In this document: positions 38,644 to 48,630 of the stretch, piece by piece | How the letters are laid out: every line of letters starts with the position of its first letter | Position numbering within the stretch: position 1 is the first letter of the stretch | IMG/VR virus record: IMGVR_UViG_3300006750_000002 | Location: 1-64,000 of that record | Source: a virus | DNA length: 64,000 nucleotides | Strand: one strand, 5' to 3' | Made by a program: the position numbers and the translations under genes | The notes under the pieces: model-generated | Databases searched by the model: none | The model's input: the letters and a program-made list of their open reading frames with translations, nothing else | Told to the model about the DNA's origin: nothing

Positions 38644-39501
38644 TCCGTCTGAAGAAAGAATGAACCAACCATCACCATTGGATAGTATTTCTATACTACT
38701 TTGGGGGCCCATACTAACCTCTTCCCATTCCCCATCTATTTTGCCTAATTTAGTTTTTACTGTAATGTTTGCCATAGATTTTATATAGAACCTATTCAGG
38801 GATTTATCGTTAAGTGTGATGATTAAATCCTCAGTAGCTATAATGTATCTAGTAGATGAGGTCACATAGTCTTGGACAATGGTAATAGGAACATTTTCTA
38901 CTGTTTCCACAGTTTTTTCTATAACTGGTGCCGTACCGTGTTTTAATATGGAAATTAAAGCTATCGTAAGTAGTTTATAACTTATACCATCGGGTTCTCC
39001 ATTTTTATTATACGTTACAAAATCAGTCAACCCTACCGAGTCTACTTCTTCCGCGATTAAACCTACAGAAGGTTTGTTATTATTTTTCCATTTAAACCTT
39101 ACAGGGGTTAATTTTAAAATAGGACTTAATTCATTAAACGATAAGGGCACTACATCTTTTTTATATCTTAAGGATGATGCAGCTTTAAAAACTTCGTTGG
39201 TCGTAGTATCTATTTCTAATTCATTTCCGCTCCCAGTAGGAATTAAATCAGAGTTTATTTGGACGGCGGATTTGCCGTAAGTCAAATCTGGGTCCACACC
39301 CATAGAAAAAACAGCTGTATTTGCGGAGGTAGAAGTAAAATTAAAATTATAGGTAGAGCTTATGCCAGATAAACCTATAAAGACATTTTGTTGGAGTTTG
39401 CTGCTCCCAGACATTTCAGCGGTGGTATTACAATTTTGGTATATCTGCCTAGAAAAATCTGCTTTTGTTCTTAAACCGTGTCCTGGATATTTGTATCCCA
39501 T
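38629..39501 (-). CDS. Tail fibre-associated protein with peptidase S74 (intramolecular chaperone) domain
   Basis: SSLRYKKDV...LKLTPVRFKWK...VGLIAEEV. Confidence 0.8.
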   Translation of the reverse strand: MGYKYPGHGLRTKADFSRQIYQNCNTTAEMSGSSKLQQNVFIGLSGISSTYNFNFTSTSANTAVFSMGVDPDLTYGKSAVQINSDLIPTGSGNELEIDTTTNEVFKAASSLRYKKDVVPLSFNELSPILKLTPVRFKWKNNNKPSVGLIAEEVDSVGLTDFVTYNKNGEPDGISYKLLTIALISILKHGTAPVIEKTVETVENVPITIVQDYVTSSTRYIIATEDLIITLNDKSLNRFYIKSMANITVKTKLGKIDGEWEEVSMGPQSSIEILSNGDGWFILSSDGLKNS

Positions 39502-39502
39502 A

Positions 39503-40621
39503 TTATATTACGTTATAGGGGTCTTGGAAGGGTCGATACCCCAAGGCTTTATTTAGATTTTCAGCTACCATAGCTTTTCTCTCCATCATTTTATCCTCCC
39601 TTAATCTTTCTAATCTCAATGTTAACTCCTCAGTTAATTTAGTTTTTTCATCCTGAGATTCACTAAATAACGAAGAGTAGTCCATGGTTAGTTCACTATC
39701 TGGAACCTTCAAGGCACCACTAAATTTACCCCTAACTCTACCTAAAGTTTCTTTCGCTAAAGCTGTGAAATATCTTCTTACCCATGCTCTTGCGGGAGAA
39801 TTTAAGTCAATCCATTCTATGTCACTTATTGGTGCGTCTGAGGGAACTCTAATAATGTCCTTATTTTCAGCTAAACAATCATTCACATTATCGGGATTAA
39901 CGTCATAATACCAATACCATACCCTACCACCTCTCATTTCTGAATTGCCGAAGTCAAAATTACCACCAGGTACGTTATAAAGGTGTAAATACCTAGTACC
40001 TTCTGGTCCTGTAGTGACCCTGTAAGTTAAATCAGACCCTATTAGTCTATTTTTAATATTTCGGTCTTGCATTCTAAGTAAAATGTCGTAAGCAGGCATC
40101 ATATAATACGAACCAACCATACCCATTTGAGCCATTCCAGCACCGGCCATTCCACCTCCACCTAAACCACCGAACGCACCCATAAATGGGTCAATTAACA
40201 TTTCATTAAGTTCTGGGCGATTATACCACATTATTTCATTTATTTCTCTTCCCGCTGGTATTTGATATATCTGTTGGTTTGGAACTAACTCCACATAGTC
40301 CTTTTTAAGAATCCAAGGGCCCATAGTCTGTAACCCAACAATTTTAGAATACGCATAAGTAAAGGAACTCTCCCAGTCCAAACTCCTAGTAGTGTAGGCT
40401 CTAGCTAAATCCGCTTCATCAACATTAATACCACCTAAAGAAGCCCACTGATTTTCAATTAACCAGTCATTAACATACATAGCGTAGTCTTGGATTGCTA
40501 TGTCCAATAATGAATCCAACATATCATCTTCTAATTCCACACCTACAATTGGTGCTCCTAACTGGTGTTTGAGTTGGGTATAAAGTCTCTGTTTATCTAA
40601 TATGGAAACGTTAGTTGGCAT
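39503..40621 (-). CDS. Neck/head completion protein (T4 gp13-like)
   Basis: LKHQLGAPIVGVELEDDMLD; WVRRYFTALAKETLGRVRGKF. Confidence 0.8.
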   Translation of the reverse strand: MPTNVSILDKQRLYTQLKHQLGAPIVGVELEDDMLDSLLDIAIQDYAMYVNDWLIENQWASLGGINVDEADLARAYTTRSLDWESSFTYAYSKIVGLQTMGPWILKKDYVELVPNQQIYQIPAGREINEIMWYNRPELNEMLIDPFMGAFGGLGGGGMAGAGMAQMGMVGSYYMMPAYDILLRMQDRNIKNRLIGSDLTYRVTTGPEGTRYLHLYNVPGGNFDFGNSEMRGGRVWYWYYDVNPDNVNDCLAENKDIIRVPSDAPISDIEWIDLNSPARAWVRRYFTALAKETLGRVRGKFSGALKVPDSELTMDYSSLFSESQDEKTKLTEELTLRLERLREDKMMERKAMVAENLNKALGYRPFQDPYNVI

Positions 40622-40659
40622 AATCTTTTTTTATATAAATATTACTAATTCTATTAGTT

Positions 40660-42402
40660 TCAAATATTATGGAGTTCATTAAATAATTCTGTCATAATAT
40701 CAGTCTCTGGGTTAAGAGGTACATCTCCCATAACCGTATCTATTATGTTTTTCTTTTTACGGAGGATGTTGTATATGATTCTTTCTAAGGTATTATCGAA
40801 AGTAGGGTAAAAACAAGACACGTTTTTTTTCTGACCTATCCTAAAGGCTCTATCTTCCGCTTGTGAATGGTCGGAAGGTACAAAACTTAAATCGTTCATT
40901 ATAACCGCTTCTGCTGAAGTAAGGGTAATTCCTACACCTCCCGCTTTAATATTAGATATGAAAATTTTAATGTCTGGGTTGTTTTGGAATTCATCTACAG
41001 ATTTTTGCCTTTCTTCTTTAGACATCTGTCCGTGTAAAACCACCGACTGGTGTGTGTAGTGTGAATGCAACTCCATTAGGGGAGCGGTGAAGTTGGTGAA
41101 AACAATTACCTTTTTATCTTGTTCCAAGATATCATTAATTATCTGACGAGTATATGTGATTTTCTCTGAAGCAATAATTTGCCTTACTTTTGTGAGTTTA
41201 GCAAGATGAATTGTAATACTTTCGTTTTGGTTTTCATCAGACCACGACAAATACTCACCCATTTCCTTTTCATACTCCTCAGATACCAATTCCAAATAGA
41301 TTGGTGTAATAATTTTATCTGGTAAGTCTAATACGTCTTCTTTTAATCGTCTTGTTATTTTGTCTTGTGTACGGTCTCGTAACTCTTCTAAGTTGGAGGC
41401 TCCACTTACGTTCCATATTTTTCTACCGTTCGGGCCTCTAAATTGTCTACCCTCACAATACCTCTTCACATATGCGACCCAGTTATTAGCTACCCTACTA
41501 TTGACTAGGTTAAGTAGGTTATAGTAATTAATGGGTCTAGATGTCATAGGAGTTCCCGTCAGTAACCAAACCTTACCTAACTTCAAGGAAATTTGGTTAA
41601 TTATCTTGGTTCTTTGTGCTTTAGGGTTAGAAATATAATGGGCTTCATCAATTATCACTCTTTCTACGCCAGATTCCAACAATGTTCTAACACTTTTATT
41701 TTTAAGTGAGTGGAAATTTTTAAGAATATCATAATTTACAATTATATATTTACCTTCTTTCCAATTTTTCCCTTCGACTATGACCACCTCCTCATCAGTA
41801 TAGTTCTCTATTTCCCTCTTCCAGTTTATTTTAAGGGAAGCTGGACATATCACTAGAGTACATTTAGGGTTTTCCACAATACTTGCTATGACAGCTGAAG
41901 TAGTTTTACCCAAACCCATATCGTCAGCTAAAATATACATATCGTTTTTTAATAAATCCTCGATGGCTGGTTTCTGGTGTTCCATTGGGGGCCTGTGATT
42001 AAAGGGAGAATAATCCACGGTTACTTTTTTACTGTTGGTAGGTACTATTTGTGACTTAGGTACCCAGAACGAATATAACTTTTCAGAGTCTATAACTTTT
42101 CCCCATATATGGTATGCTTTATCTGAGGTAACCAATATCTTTTCTACCCATATTTCTGTTGGTGCTTTGGGCAATAACTTTTTTTCTTGCAACTCTTGGG
42201 AAAAATAAAGGTCTATTTTTACCTTTTTTCTTGCAATCTTAGGGACAATATCATGGTTGCCTATAACATAATCTGATTGGTTCCTAGTTAAATTATAATA
42301 TTCACTTTTAATTTTTTCTTTTAAATCTAAGATAAAATTATTTGCACCATTATACCCTGTGAGTATTCCGCGTGCTTCTACTTCCGGTATTTTTAATTCC
42401 AC
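40660..42402 (-). CDS. SNF2-family helicase (SMARCAL1/HARP-like)
   Basis: LADDMGLGKT, VICPASLKINW, IDEAHY, LTGTP, GVGITLT, QAEDRAFRIGQ. Confidence 0.92.
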   Translation of the reverse strand: MELKIPEVEARGILTGYNGANNFILDLKEKIKSEYYNLTRNQSDYVIGNHDIVPKIARKKVKIDLYFSQELQEKKLLPKAPTEIWVEKILVTSDKAYHIWGKVIDSEKLYSFWVPKSQIVPTNSKKVTVDYSPFNHRPPMEHQKPAIEDLLKNDMYILADDMGLGKTTSAVIASIVENPKCTLVICPASLKINWKREIENYTDEEVVIVEGKNWKEGKYIIVNYDILKNFHSLKNKSVRTLLESGVERVIIDEAHYISNPKAQRTKIINQISLKLGKVWLLTGTPMTSRPINYYNLLNLVNSRVANNWVAYVKRYCEGRQFRGPNGRKIWNVSGASNLEELRDRTQDKITRRLKEDVLDLPDKIITPIYLELVSEEYEKEMGEYLSWSDENQNESITIHLAKLTKVRQIIASEKITYTRQIINDILEQDKKVIVFTNFTAPLMELHSHYTHQSVVLHGQMSKEERQKSVDEFQNNPDIKIFISNIKAGGVGITLTSAEAVIMNDLSFVPSDHSQAEDRAFRIGQKKNVSCFYPTFDNTLERIIYNILRKKKNIIDTVMGDVPLNPETDIMTELFNELHNI

Positions 42403-42468
42403 AATACGATAATTATCTAACCTAAATATAAGGAAGAACTGGATATTTATAAATAAAAAACCTTAGCA

Positions 42469-42984
42469 ATGAGTAAAAAGAGAGTACCAATAACTAGAGT
42501 AAATAAATTTTTCGGTGACGAAGATTTTAGACTACAAGAGTCTATGGGTATGGAATATCTACACGGAAACCTAAATTTTACTTTAGTATTATATAGTGTC
42601 GATAGGAGTAAGAGTGTTACCGACGATGTGTATGGTGAAGCCGCACAAGAAGAAATAAGGTTTTTTCCACCCGTCGAATTTAAAGCTCTAGTGAATATTT
42701 CTGGACCTACTAACGATAGTTACGCGAATGGTTTAATGAGATATTTAGAAAGTGGTAATTTAACTATTAGTGTATATAAGAAAGAATTAGACCAACTAGA
42801 TATAGATATAAAGTATGGTGATTACATTGGATATCCCGAAACCGAAGATTTTACTAGATATTTCACAGTTTCCAATGACGGTAGGGTAGCTGGTGATAAT
42901 GCACATACTATATTGGGGTACAAATCTTTTTATAGAACGATAACCTGTGTTCCAACCAGTGATAACGAGTTTAAAGGAATTTAA
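42469..42984 (+). CDS. Neck/head completion protein (T4 gp14-like)
   Basis: Position before gp15-like gene; DDVYGEA and YGDYIGY motifs; late motif upstream. Confidence 0.55.
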   Translation: MSKKRVPITRVNKFFGDEDFRLQESMGMEYLHGNLNFTLVLYSVDRSKSVTDDVYGEAAQEEIRFFPPVEFKALVNISGPTNDSYANGLMRYLESGNLTISVYKKELDQLDIDIKYGDYIGYPETEDFTRYFTVSNDGRVAGDNAHTILGYKSFYRTITCVPTSDNEFKGI

Positions 42985-42986
42985 TT

Positions 42987-44075
42987 ATGGGTAGGATTAA
43001 TAAAAAAATAAAAAAAACGTTAAATATGTATCCTGTGGTGGGAAACCAACCACAGTACCCTTCTGGGTATGACGGATTATCAACCCCAAAAAGAAGAAAA
43101 CAACTAGCAGAGTTTATTAGTGAGGACGGCACTTTCTTACCTAAAAGTGTGTTGCATGCAGATTTAGATAGGGGGATGTTAGATTTTGTCAATGACCGTT
43201 TAAAAATATCAGTAGATGGAAAACCCATATCAATAGTAGACCAAATACTAACAATCCAAAGATGGGCAGAGTTTTCTAATACTTGGTCTTTTGCGGATAA
43301 AGATTTGAATCCTGAAATTCCTTTTTTAGTTACAGTTAGAAATCCAGCGGTACAATATGGGACTAACCCATCCTTAACGTATACCATCCCAGATAGGAGA
43401 ACTTTCCATTACGCTAAGGTACCAACTTGGGATGGCCAAAGAAAAGGAATGGATTTATATAAAATACCACAACCAGTACCCGTAGATATAACATACGACT
43501 TAAAGATAGTATGTAATAGAATGAGGGAACTCAACCAATTTAATAAGGTAATGATGCAAACTTTCACCTCTAGACAAGCCTATACCTTCGTGAAAGGACA
43601 CTACATCCCAATTATAATGGAAACTTTAAGTGACGAAAGTCAAATATCTGACAATGAAAAAAGAAAATTTTATACACAAAATTATCAACTGCAACTGCAG
43701 GGATTTTTAATTGATGAAGAGGAGTTTGAGATTACACCCGCGATTACTAGAAAGTTGTTAGTGTTTGAGACTGAGACAAAAACCAAAAAGAGGAGATTAG
43801 AACCGACCAAAGAAAATCCTAGAGGCATATTTACACAAACGTTTACACTAAACGTGGCTGTGGTGGAGTTATCAGTACCGTTTGAGTACGATGCAAATGT
43901 TCAGGTATTAGACACTACCAATAATGATACGTATACTGTGCATTTAGATGGTGAGTTGGTCAGTGATGAATTTACTACTTATTATGTTTCTAGGGGCCAG
44001 ACACTACTCTTTAAAATGACACCCACGGATGCTTTGCAAGAACAAACAGTCACTCTAGAGACAAAGTTTATCTAG
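42987..44075 (+). CDS. Tail terminator/completion protein (T4 gp15-like)
   Basis: PVPVDITYDLKI...ELNQF pattern; lies just before the sheath gene. Confidence 0.6.
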   Translation: MGRINKKIKKTLNMYPVVGNQPQYPSGYDGLSTPKRRKQLAEFISEDGTFLPKSVLHADLDRGMLDFVNDRLKISVDGKPISIVDQILTIQRWAEFSNTWSFADKDLNPEIPFLVTVRNPAVQYGTNPSLTYTIPDRRTFHYAKVPTWDGQRKGMDLYKIPQPVPVDITYDLKIVCNRMRELNQFNKVMMQTFTSRQAYTFVKGHYIPIIMETLSDESQISDNEKRKFYTQNYQLQLQGFLIDEEEFEITPAITRKLLVFETETKTKKRRLEPTKENPRGIFTQTFTLNVAVVELSVPFEYDANVQVLDTTNNDTYTVHLDGELVSDEFTTYYVSRGQTLLFKMTPTDALQEQTVTLETKFI

Positions 44076-44095
44076 GAATTACCCAAATATACCCA

Positions 44096-44698
44096 TTAAT
44101 CTTCTAGTCTTTCTCCAGTTTCTTTTATTTTAAATTGGGATAGGTTGTTGGTTCCACTACTTCCACGTTTCTTCTTAACGTGGAACACAATACCGTTATT
44201 ATAAAGTTTATTAGGTGTATTAAACATGTCCCCATTAAAATGTAACCTACCATTCTTATCTAATAATACGTCATATTCCATACCCAGATATTTTCGGACC
44301 AGGTTAAGTGGAGCACCGTGCTTTTCAACAACTTCCAATAATCTAGTGTCTTCCTTTAATAAATAACTTTCTTCTTTAATCTCTTCAATATTGTAGATTT
44401 CCCCACCGTAAGCGTTCATAAAATTAATGAAATCACCCTCTAAAGTGTCGTCGTCATCTCTAAACCACTCACCAAAAACCCTACGACTATCCAGTATACT
44501 GTGTAACATTTTTTCTACTTTTCTCATATTATCCACCTTATAAACCGCAACAATTCTATATCTAATGGGTGACTTGGTGTTAGTCAGGGATTGTTCACGT
44601 ACTAATGGGTCTACGGATAACCCAATCTTTTTATCAGAGATATCGATTTCTCTACTTAATACGTCATAATGTTCTCCTAAATAAATGTATCCTTCCAT
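44096..44698 (-). CDS. T5orf172/MUG113 GIY-YIG-like nuclease with RAMA-like C-terminal domain
   Basis: GYIYL, KIGLS, EKMLHSILDSRRVFGEWF; C-terminal YLGMEYDVLLDKNGRLHFNGDMFNTP. Confidence 0.7.
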   Translation of the reverse strand: MEGYIYLGEHYDVLSREIDISDKKIGLSVDPLVREQSLTNTKSPIRYRIVAVYKVDNMRKVEKMLHSILDSRRVFGEWFRDDDDTLEGDFINFMNAYGGEIYNIEEIKEESYLLKEDTRLLEVVEKHGAPLNLVRKYLGMEYDVLLDKNGRLHFNGDMFNTPNKLYNNGIVFHVKKKRGSSGTNNLSQFKIKETGERLED

Positions 44699-44716
44699 GT
44701 TTAGTTTTTAATATTG

Positions 44717-44724
44717 CAAATATA
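44717..44724 (-). promoter_or_regulatory. Bacteroidota -7 promoter element TATATTTG for the nuclease gene
   Basis: 18 nt upstream of the ATG at 44698. Confidence 0.6.
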
Positions 44725-44737
44725 AAAAAAGAATAAG

Positions 44738-44765
44738 AAAAAAATGTTAGATTAACAAATCTAAC
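44738..44765 (-). terminator. Rho-independent terminator
   Basis: Minus strand GTTAGATT-TGTT-AATCTAAC followed by a T run. Confidence 0.6.
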
Positions 44766-44826
44766 GTCTGAGTTTTCTATTAAACCTCTTAAATACCATA
44801 CCGAACTATTTCCTATTAAATTTTAA

Positions 44827-44988
44827 TTAGTGGTCACCATAAATGTCTTTTTTAGGTGAACATTTATCCTTTATTAGTTTCTCCACAAACTGAAACATTT
44901 TTAAACCGTTTCTACCACAATATTCCTTTAATAGTTTGTGAACCCCACTATCTATTTTAATATTTTTTATCTTTTGTGTTGTAAGCAT
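44827..44988 (-). CDS. Small ribbon-helix-helix-like DNA-binding protein (53 aa), not in ORF track
   Basis: Manual translation MLTTQKIKNIKIDSGVHKLLKEYCGRNGLKMFQFVEKLIKDKCSPKKDIYGDH; strand-helix-helix pattern. Confidence 0.6.
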   Translation of the reverse strand: MLTTQKIKNIKIDSGVHKLLKEYCGRNGLKMFQFVEKLIKDKCSPKKDIYGDH

Positions 44989-45120
44989 ACCCATAAGTAT
45001 GAAAAAAGTATGTTTTTTTTCACACCAGAAGTCATAATAGTCAAAAAGATGGTCATCTTTTGGGATTAGAGATAATATTTATTAATAAAATAAAAATAAA
45101 GTACAAAAAAAATAATTAAC

Positions 45121-48100
45121 ATGGCAGCAGACGGCAAAGTTTTTGTATCACCAGGGGTGTACACGTCAGAAAAAGATTTAAGTTTCGTAGCACAAAGTGT
45201 GGGTGTGACCACATTAGGATTAGCTGGAGAGACTATTCAGGGTCCAGCGTTTGAACCTATCTTCATAAGTTCATACGGAGAGTTCCAAACCTACTTTGGT
45301 AGTTTAAGCCCATCAAAGTTTACCGAAACACAAATTCCCAAATACGAATTATCATACATAGCAAAAGCATATTTACAACAATCTAACCAGTTATTCGTAA
45401 CTAGGGTATTGGGTTATTCAGGGTATGACGCGGGACCTTCATGGTCTATAACCACTGTCGCTAATCCTGATTGTGAAACAATTAGGACTCAGTGTACAGA
45501 TACCAGTGGTACCTTATATAGTGCTTCTACTTGTAACACTGGTACGGCATTTGAGTCGGCTACTGGTTCAACAGCTGTAGTTAATACTGGAGACATATCT
45601 CTTTATTTTACTGGTTCTACCTCCGTTTGGACAGATTCTACAACTACCACTAAGCCAGTTACGGCATTACCTTGGCCTATTTCAGGAAATATAAATAATC
45701 CCATAACTAAGACAGATGGTAGTACTACAACAATCTCTGATGAGTTAGATAGTTTGTTATCGACTTACTACAATAGTTTAACTCATGATACTAGTGCGGG
45801 ATGTGCTACAGGAAGTACACCATGTTACCTACCTATGACGGGAGGAACAAGCCAAGAAAAGTCTTTCGGTTGTAATTATAATGGAGATGCCCATTCTGGC
45901 AATACATTATATGAAGGAACTTTCTTAGAGAACGCTACCGACCCATTATCTTCTGGACATACCTATCAAAGTATGTTTAGTGGTATAACGGAAACTTCCG
46001 TACTTGGAAGCTCTTGTAACCCTAAACCTTCAGTATTTTGTAATGATATTAATGACCCTTGGTTATATGGGTTCTTTGACCCTATACCTGGAACAGATAG
46101 TTACAGTGGATTCTCTTTAAGTTTTGGAGTCAACACTAATGAGGTATTTGATATTAGTACTTCGGCATCTACTACCTTATACTCTGGAGGTTCAGCCCTT
46201 AGATATTCTTACACCTTATATACAGGTGAAACTTTCTGTAACTACGATGACCTAGTTGTTGCTACATTCCGTTCAAGAGGTGTTAGTACCAATAATTCAG
46301 GTGGTCCAGTATATCAAGTTACTGGAGGTACTGACGTTAATATGGTGTGTACGGGAAGTACCTTCTCAGAAGTGGGTACAGACCCATTCGCAACTTTCGG
46401 CATGGATGTTACAGATGTGGATGGTGATTCATTTAGATTTGAGACTTCTATGTCACCATCATCATCAGACTACGTTAAAAGAGTATTCGGTGTAGCTCCT
46501 TTTGATAAGGATATGGAACAAGTACCAATCTTCGTAGAGGAAGCCTACCCTAACATGTTGACTTACGCTTATAAGAAGGGATACATTAGAGGACTAAATT
46601 GTAATTTATTAGACCTACCATCTTATAGAGATTCTAATAATACAGGAACTATAGGTTTTTACCAAGAACAATGGCAAACCCCAGTAACTCCGTATGTTGT
46701 TTCTGAGTTAAGAGGTACTAAAGTATACAAACTATTTAGATTCATCTCAATATGTGACGGTAATGCCGCTAACACACAAGTTAAAATCTCAATCGTTAAC
46801 ATCTCTTTTGAAAGAAATGAGTTCGACCTTTTGGTTAGAAGTTTCTACGATACGGACGCTTCTCCTGTGGTATTAGAAAGATACACAAGGTGTAGTATGA
46901 ACCCTAATCTTAACTCTTTTGTGGGTGTTAAAGTTGGTACCGCGAACGGTGAGTATGAACTTAGAAGTAGATACATTATGGTAGATATTGACCCAGAACA
47001 GGAAACCGACACTAATCGTCATGATGCTGTTCCTTGTGGTTTTGAAGGGTACTCCACTAGAAATTATTTAGGGGAACAAAGTCCTACAATATATTATAAG
47101 ACAAAATACAATAAACCAGGTGACATTATATGGAACCCTCCTTTCGCTATTAGTTCTACTGTGGACAATTCTGTGATAAGTGCTGGGGATAAAATTAGAA
47201 GGGTTTATTTAGGCATTTCAGATACTGCAGCGTCAGCATACGATGACGATTTCTTCCAATACAAAGGAAAACAAGCACCAATAGATAAATGTACTGATTT
47301 AGACGGTACTGATTGGAACTGTTTAACCACAGGATTCCACATGGATAAGGGAGCTACTTGTGTTGACACTCTTGGTGAGTTGTGTGTAACCACACTTTGT
47401 AAAAATTGTGGTACTGGTACAACTACCGAAGACCAGTTTTCGGTAGGAGCGGCCACTTTCAGAAGTGAACCAACAGACTCCCAAGACCCATATTACACAT
47501 TACAGTCTAGAAAATTCACATTAGCACCTTATGGTGGATTTGATGGGTGGGACATTTATAGAAAGTCCAGAAGTAACGGAGATAATTACGTAAGGGGTAA
47601 ATCAGGGTTCCTAAACGGAGCATGTAGTTCAACTACGTTCCCTAACGCGTCTGGTGATGGTTCATTTAAAATGTTGTCTCAGACTCCTTGGGGAGAATCA
47701 GGGTTCTTTGCGACTACTGACTATTACGCTTACTACTTCGGTATGAGAACATTTAGAAACCCAGAAGCAGTCAACATCAACGTTTTAGCGACGCCAGGCA
47801 TAGACTATGTAAACAATAGTAACCTTGTAGAGGAAACGATTGACATGGTGGAAACTGAAAGAGCTGATTCATTATATATTACTACCACACCTGACTACAA
47901 TTTGTTTGTACCAGGAACGACAATAGCTTCAAACATAATCCAACCTACTGAAGCTGTGGATAACTTAGATTTAACGGGAATTGACTCTAACTATACAGCT
48001 ACTTACTACCCATGGGTACAGTACAACGACCAAGAAAACAATACTAGAGTATGGTTACCACCTACTTATGATGTAATGAGAAACATCGCTTTAACAGATA

Positions 48101-48606
48101 ACATCTCATTCCCTTGGTTCGCGTCCGCTGGTTACACTAGAGGTATTGTAAACGCGGTTAAAGCTAGAAAGAAACTTACTCTTGATGAAAGAGATACGTT
48201 ATACGCTGGTAGAATTAACCCAATTGCAACTTACTCAGATGTTGGTACCATTATCTGGGGTAACAAGACACTACAAAGTAGACAATCTGCTTTAGACAGA
48301 ATCAACGTTAGAAGATTGTTATTACAAGCTAGAAAATTAATTTCGGCAGTAGCGGTTAAATTGTTATTCGAACAAAATGACGAACAAGTGAGAAATGAGT
48401 TCTTGGACTTAGTTAATCCAATCCTAGACTCTATCAGAAGAGAAAGAGGTCTAACAGACTTTAGAGTTGTTCTTTCTGACGACCCTCAATTAATCGACCA
48501 AAATACTTTAGAGGGTAAGATTTATATAAAACCAACTAGGTCTCTAGAATTTATCGATATTGAATTCTTGATTACACCTACTGGAGCATCATTTGAAAAT
48601 GTATAA
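45121..48606 (+). CDS. gp18: Tail sheath protein with large Cys/Thr-rich insertions
   Basis: VSPGVYTSE, GETIQGPAFEP, NVLATPG, NYTATYYPW, PWFASAGYTRG, INPI, WGNKTL, RINVRRLL, LEFIDIEF. Confidence 0.93.
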   Translation: MAADGKVFVSPGVYTSEKDLSFVAQSVGVTTLGLAGETIQGPAFEPIFISSYGEFQTYFGSLSPSKFTETQIPKYELSYIAKAYLQQSNQLFVTRVLGYSGYDAGPSWSITTVANPDCETIRTQCTDTSGTLYSASTCNTGTAFESATGSTAVVNTGDISLYFTGSTSVWTDSTTTTKPVTALPWPISGNINNPITKTDGSTTTISDELDSLLSTYYNSLTHDTSAGCATGSTPCYLPMTGGTSQEKSFGCNYNGDAHSGNTLYEGTFLENATDPLSSGHTYQSMFSGITETSVLGSSCNPKPSVFCNDINDPWLYGFFDPIPGTDSYSGFSLSFGVNTNEVFDISTSASTTLYSGGSALRYSYTLYTGETFCNYDDLVVATFRSRGVSTNNSGGPVYQVTGGTDVNMVCTGSTFSEVGTDPFATFGMDVTDVDGDSFRFETSMSPSSSDYVKRVFGVAPFDKDMEQVPIFVEEAYPNMLTYAYKKGYIRGLNCNLLDLPSYRDSNNTGTIGFYQEQWQTPVTPYVVSELRGTKVYKLFRFISICDGNAANTQVKISIVNISFERNEFDLLVRSFYDTDASPVVLERYTRCSMNPNLNSFVGVKVGTANGEYELRSRYIMVDIDPEQETDTNRHDAVPCGFEGYSTRNYLGEQSPTIYYKTKYNKPGDIIWNPPFAISSTVDNSVISAGDKIRRVYLGISDTAASAYDDDFFQYKGKQAPIDKCTDLDGTDWNCLTTGFHMDKGATCVDTLGELCVTTLCKNCGTGTTTEDQFSVGAATFRSEPTDSQDPYYTLQSRKFTLAPYGGFDGWDIYRKSRSNGDNYVRGKSGFLNGACSSTTFPNASGDGSFKMLSQTPWGESGFFATTDYYAYYFGMRTFRNPEAVNINVLATPGIDYVNNSNLVEETIDMVETERADSLYITTTPDYNLFVPGTTIASNIIQPTEAVDNLDLTGIDSNYTATYYPWVQYNDQENNTRVWLPPTYDVMRNIALTDNISFPWFASAGYTRGIVNAVKARKKLTLDERDTLYAGRINPIATYSDVGTIIWGNKTLQSRQSALDRINVRRLLLQARKLISAVAVKLLFEQNDEQVRNEFLDLVNPILDSIRRERGLTDFRVVLSDDPQLIDQNTLEGKIYIKPTRSLEFIDIEFLITPTGASFENV

Positions 48607-48630
48607 TAAGAAAAGTTAAAAAATTAAAAA

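Noticed and set aside
35932-42402. Inteins or self-splicing introns in polB and the helicase
   Set aside because: Motifs are contiguous at normal spacing; no C...HN intein ends or LAGLIDADG blocks seen.
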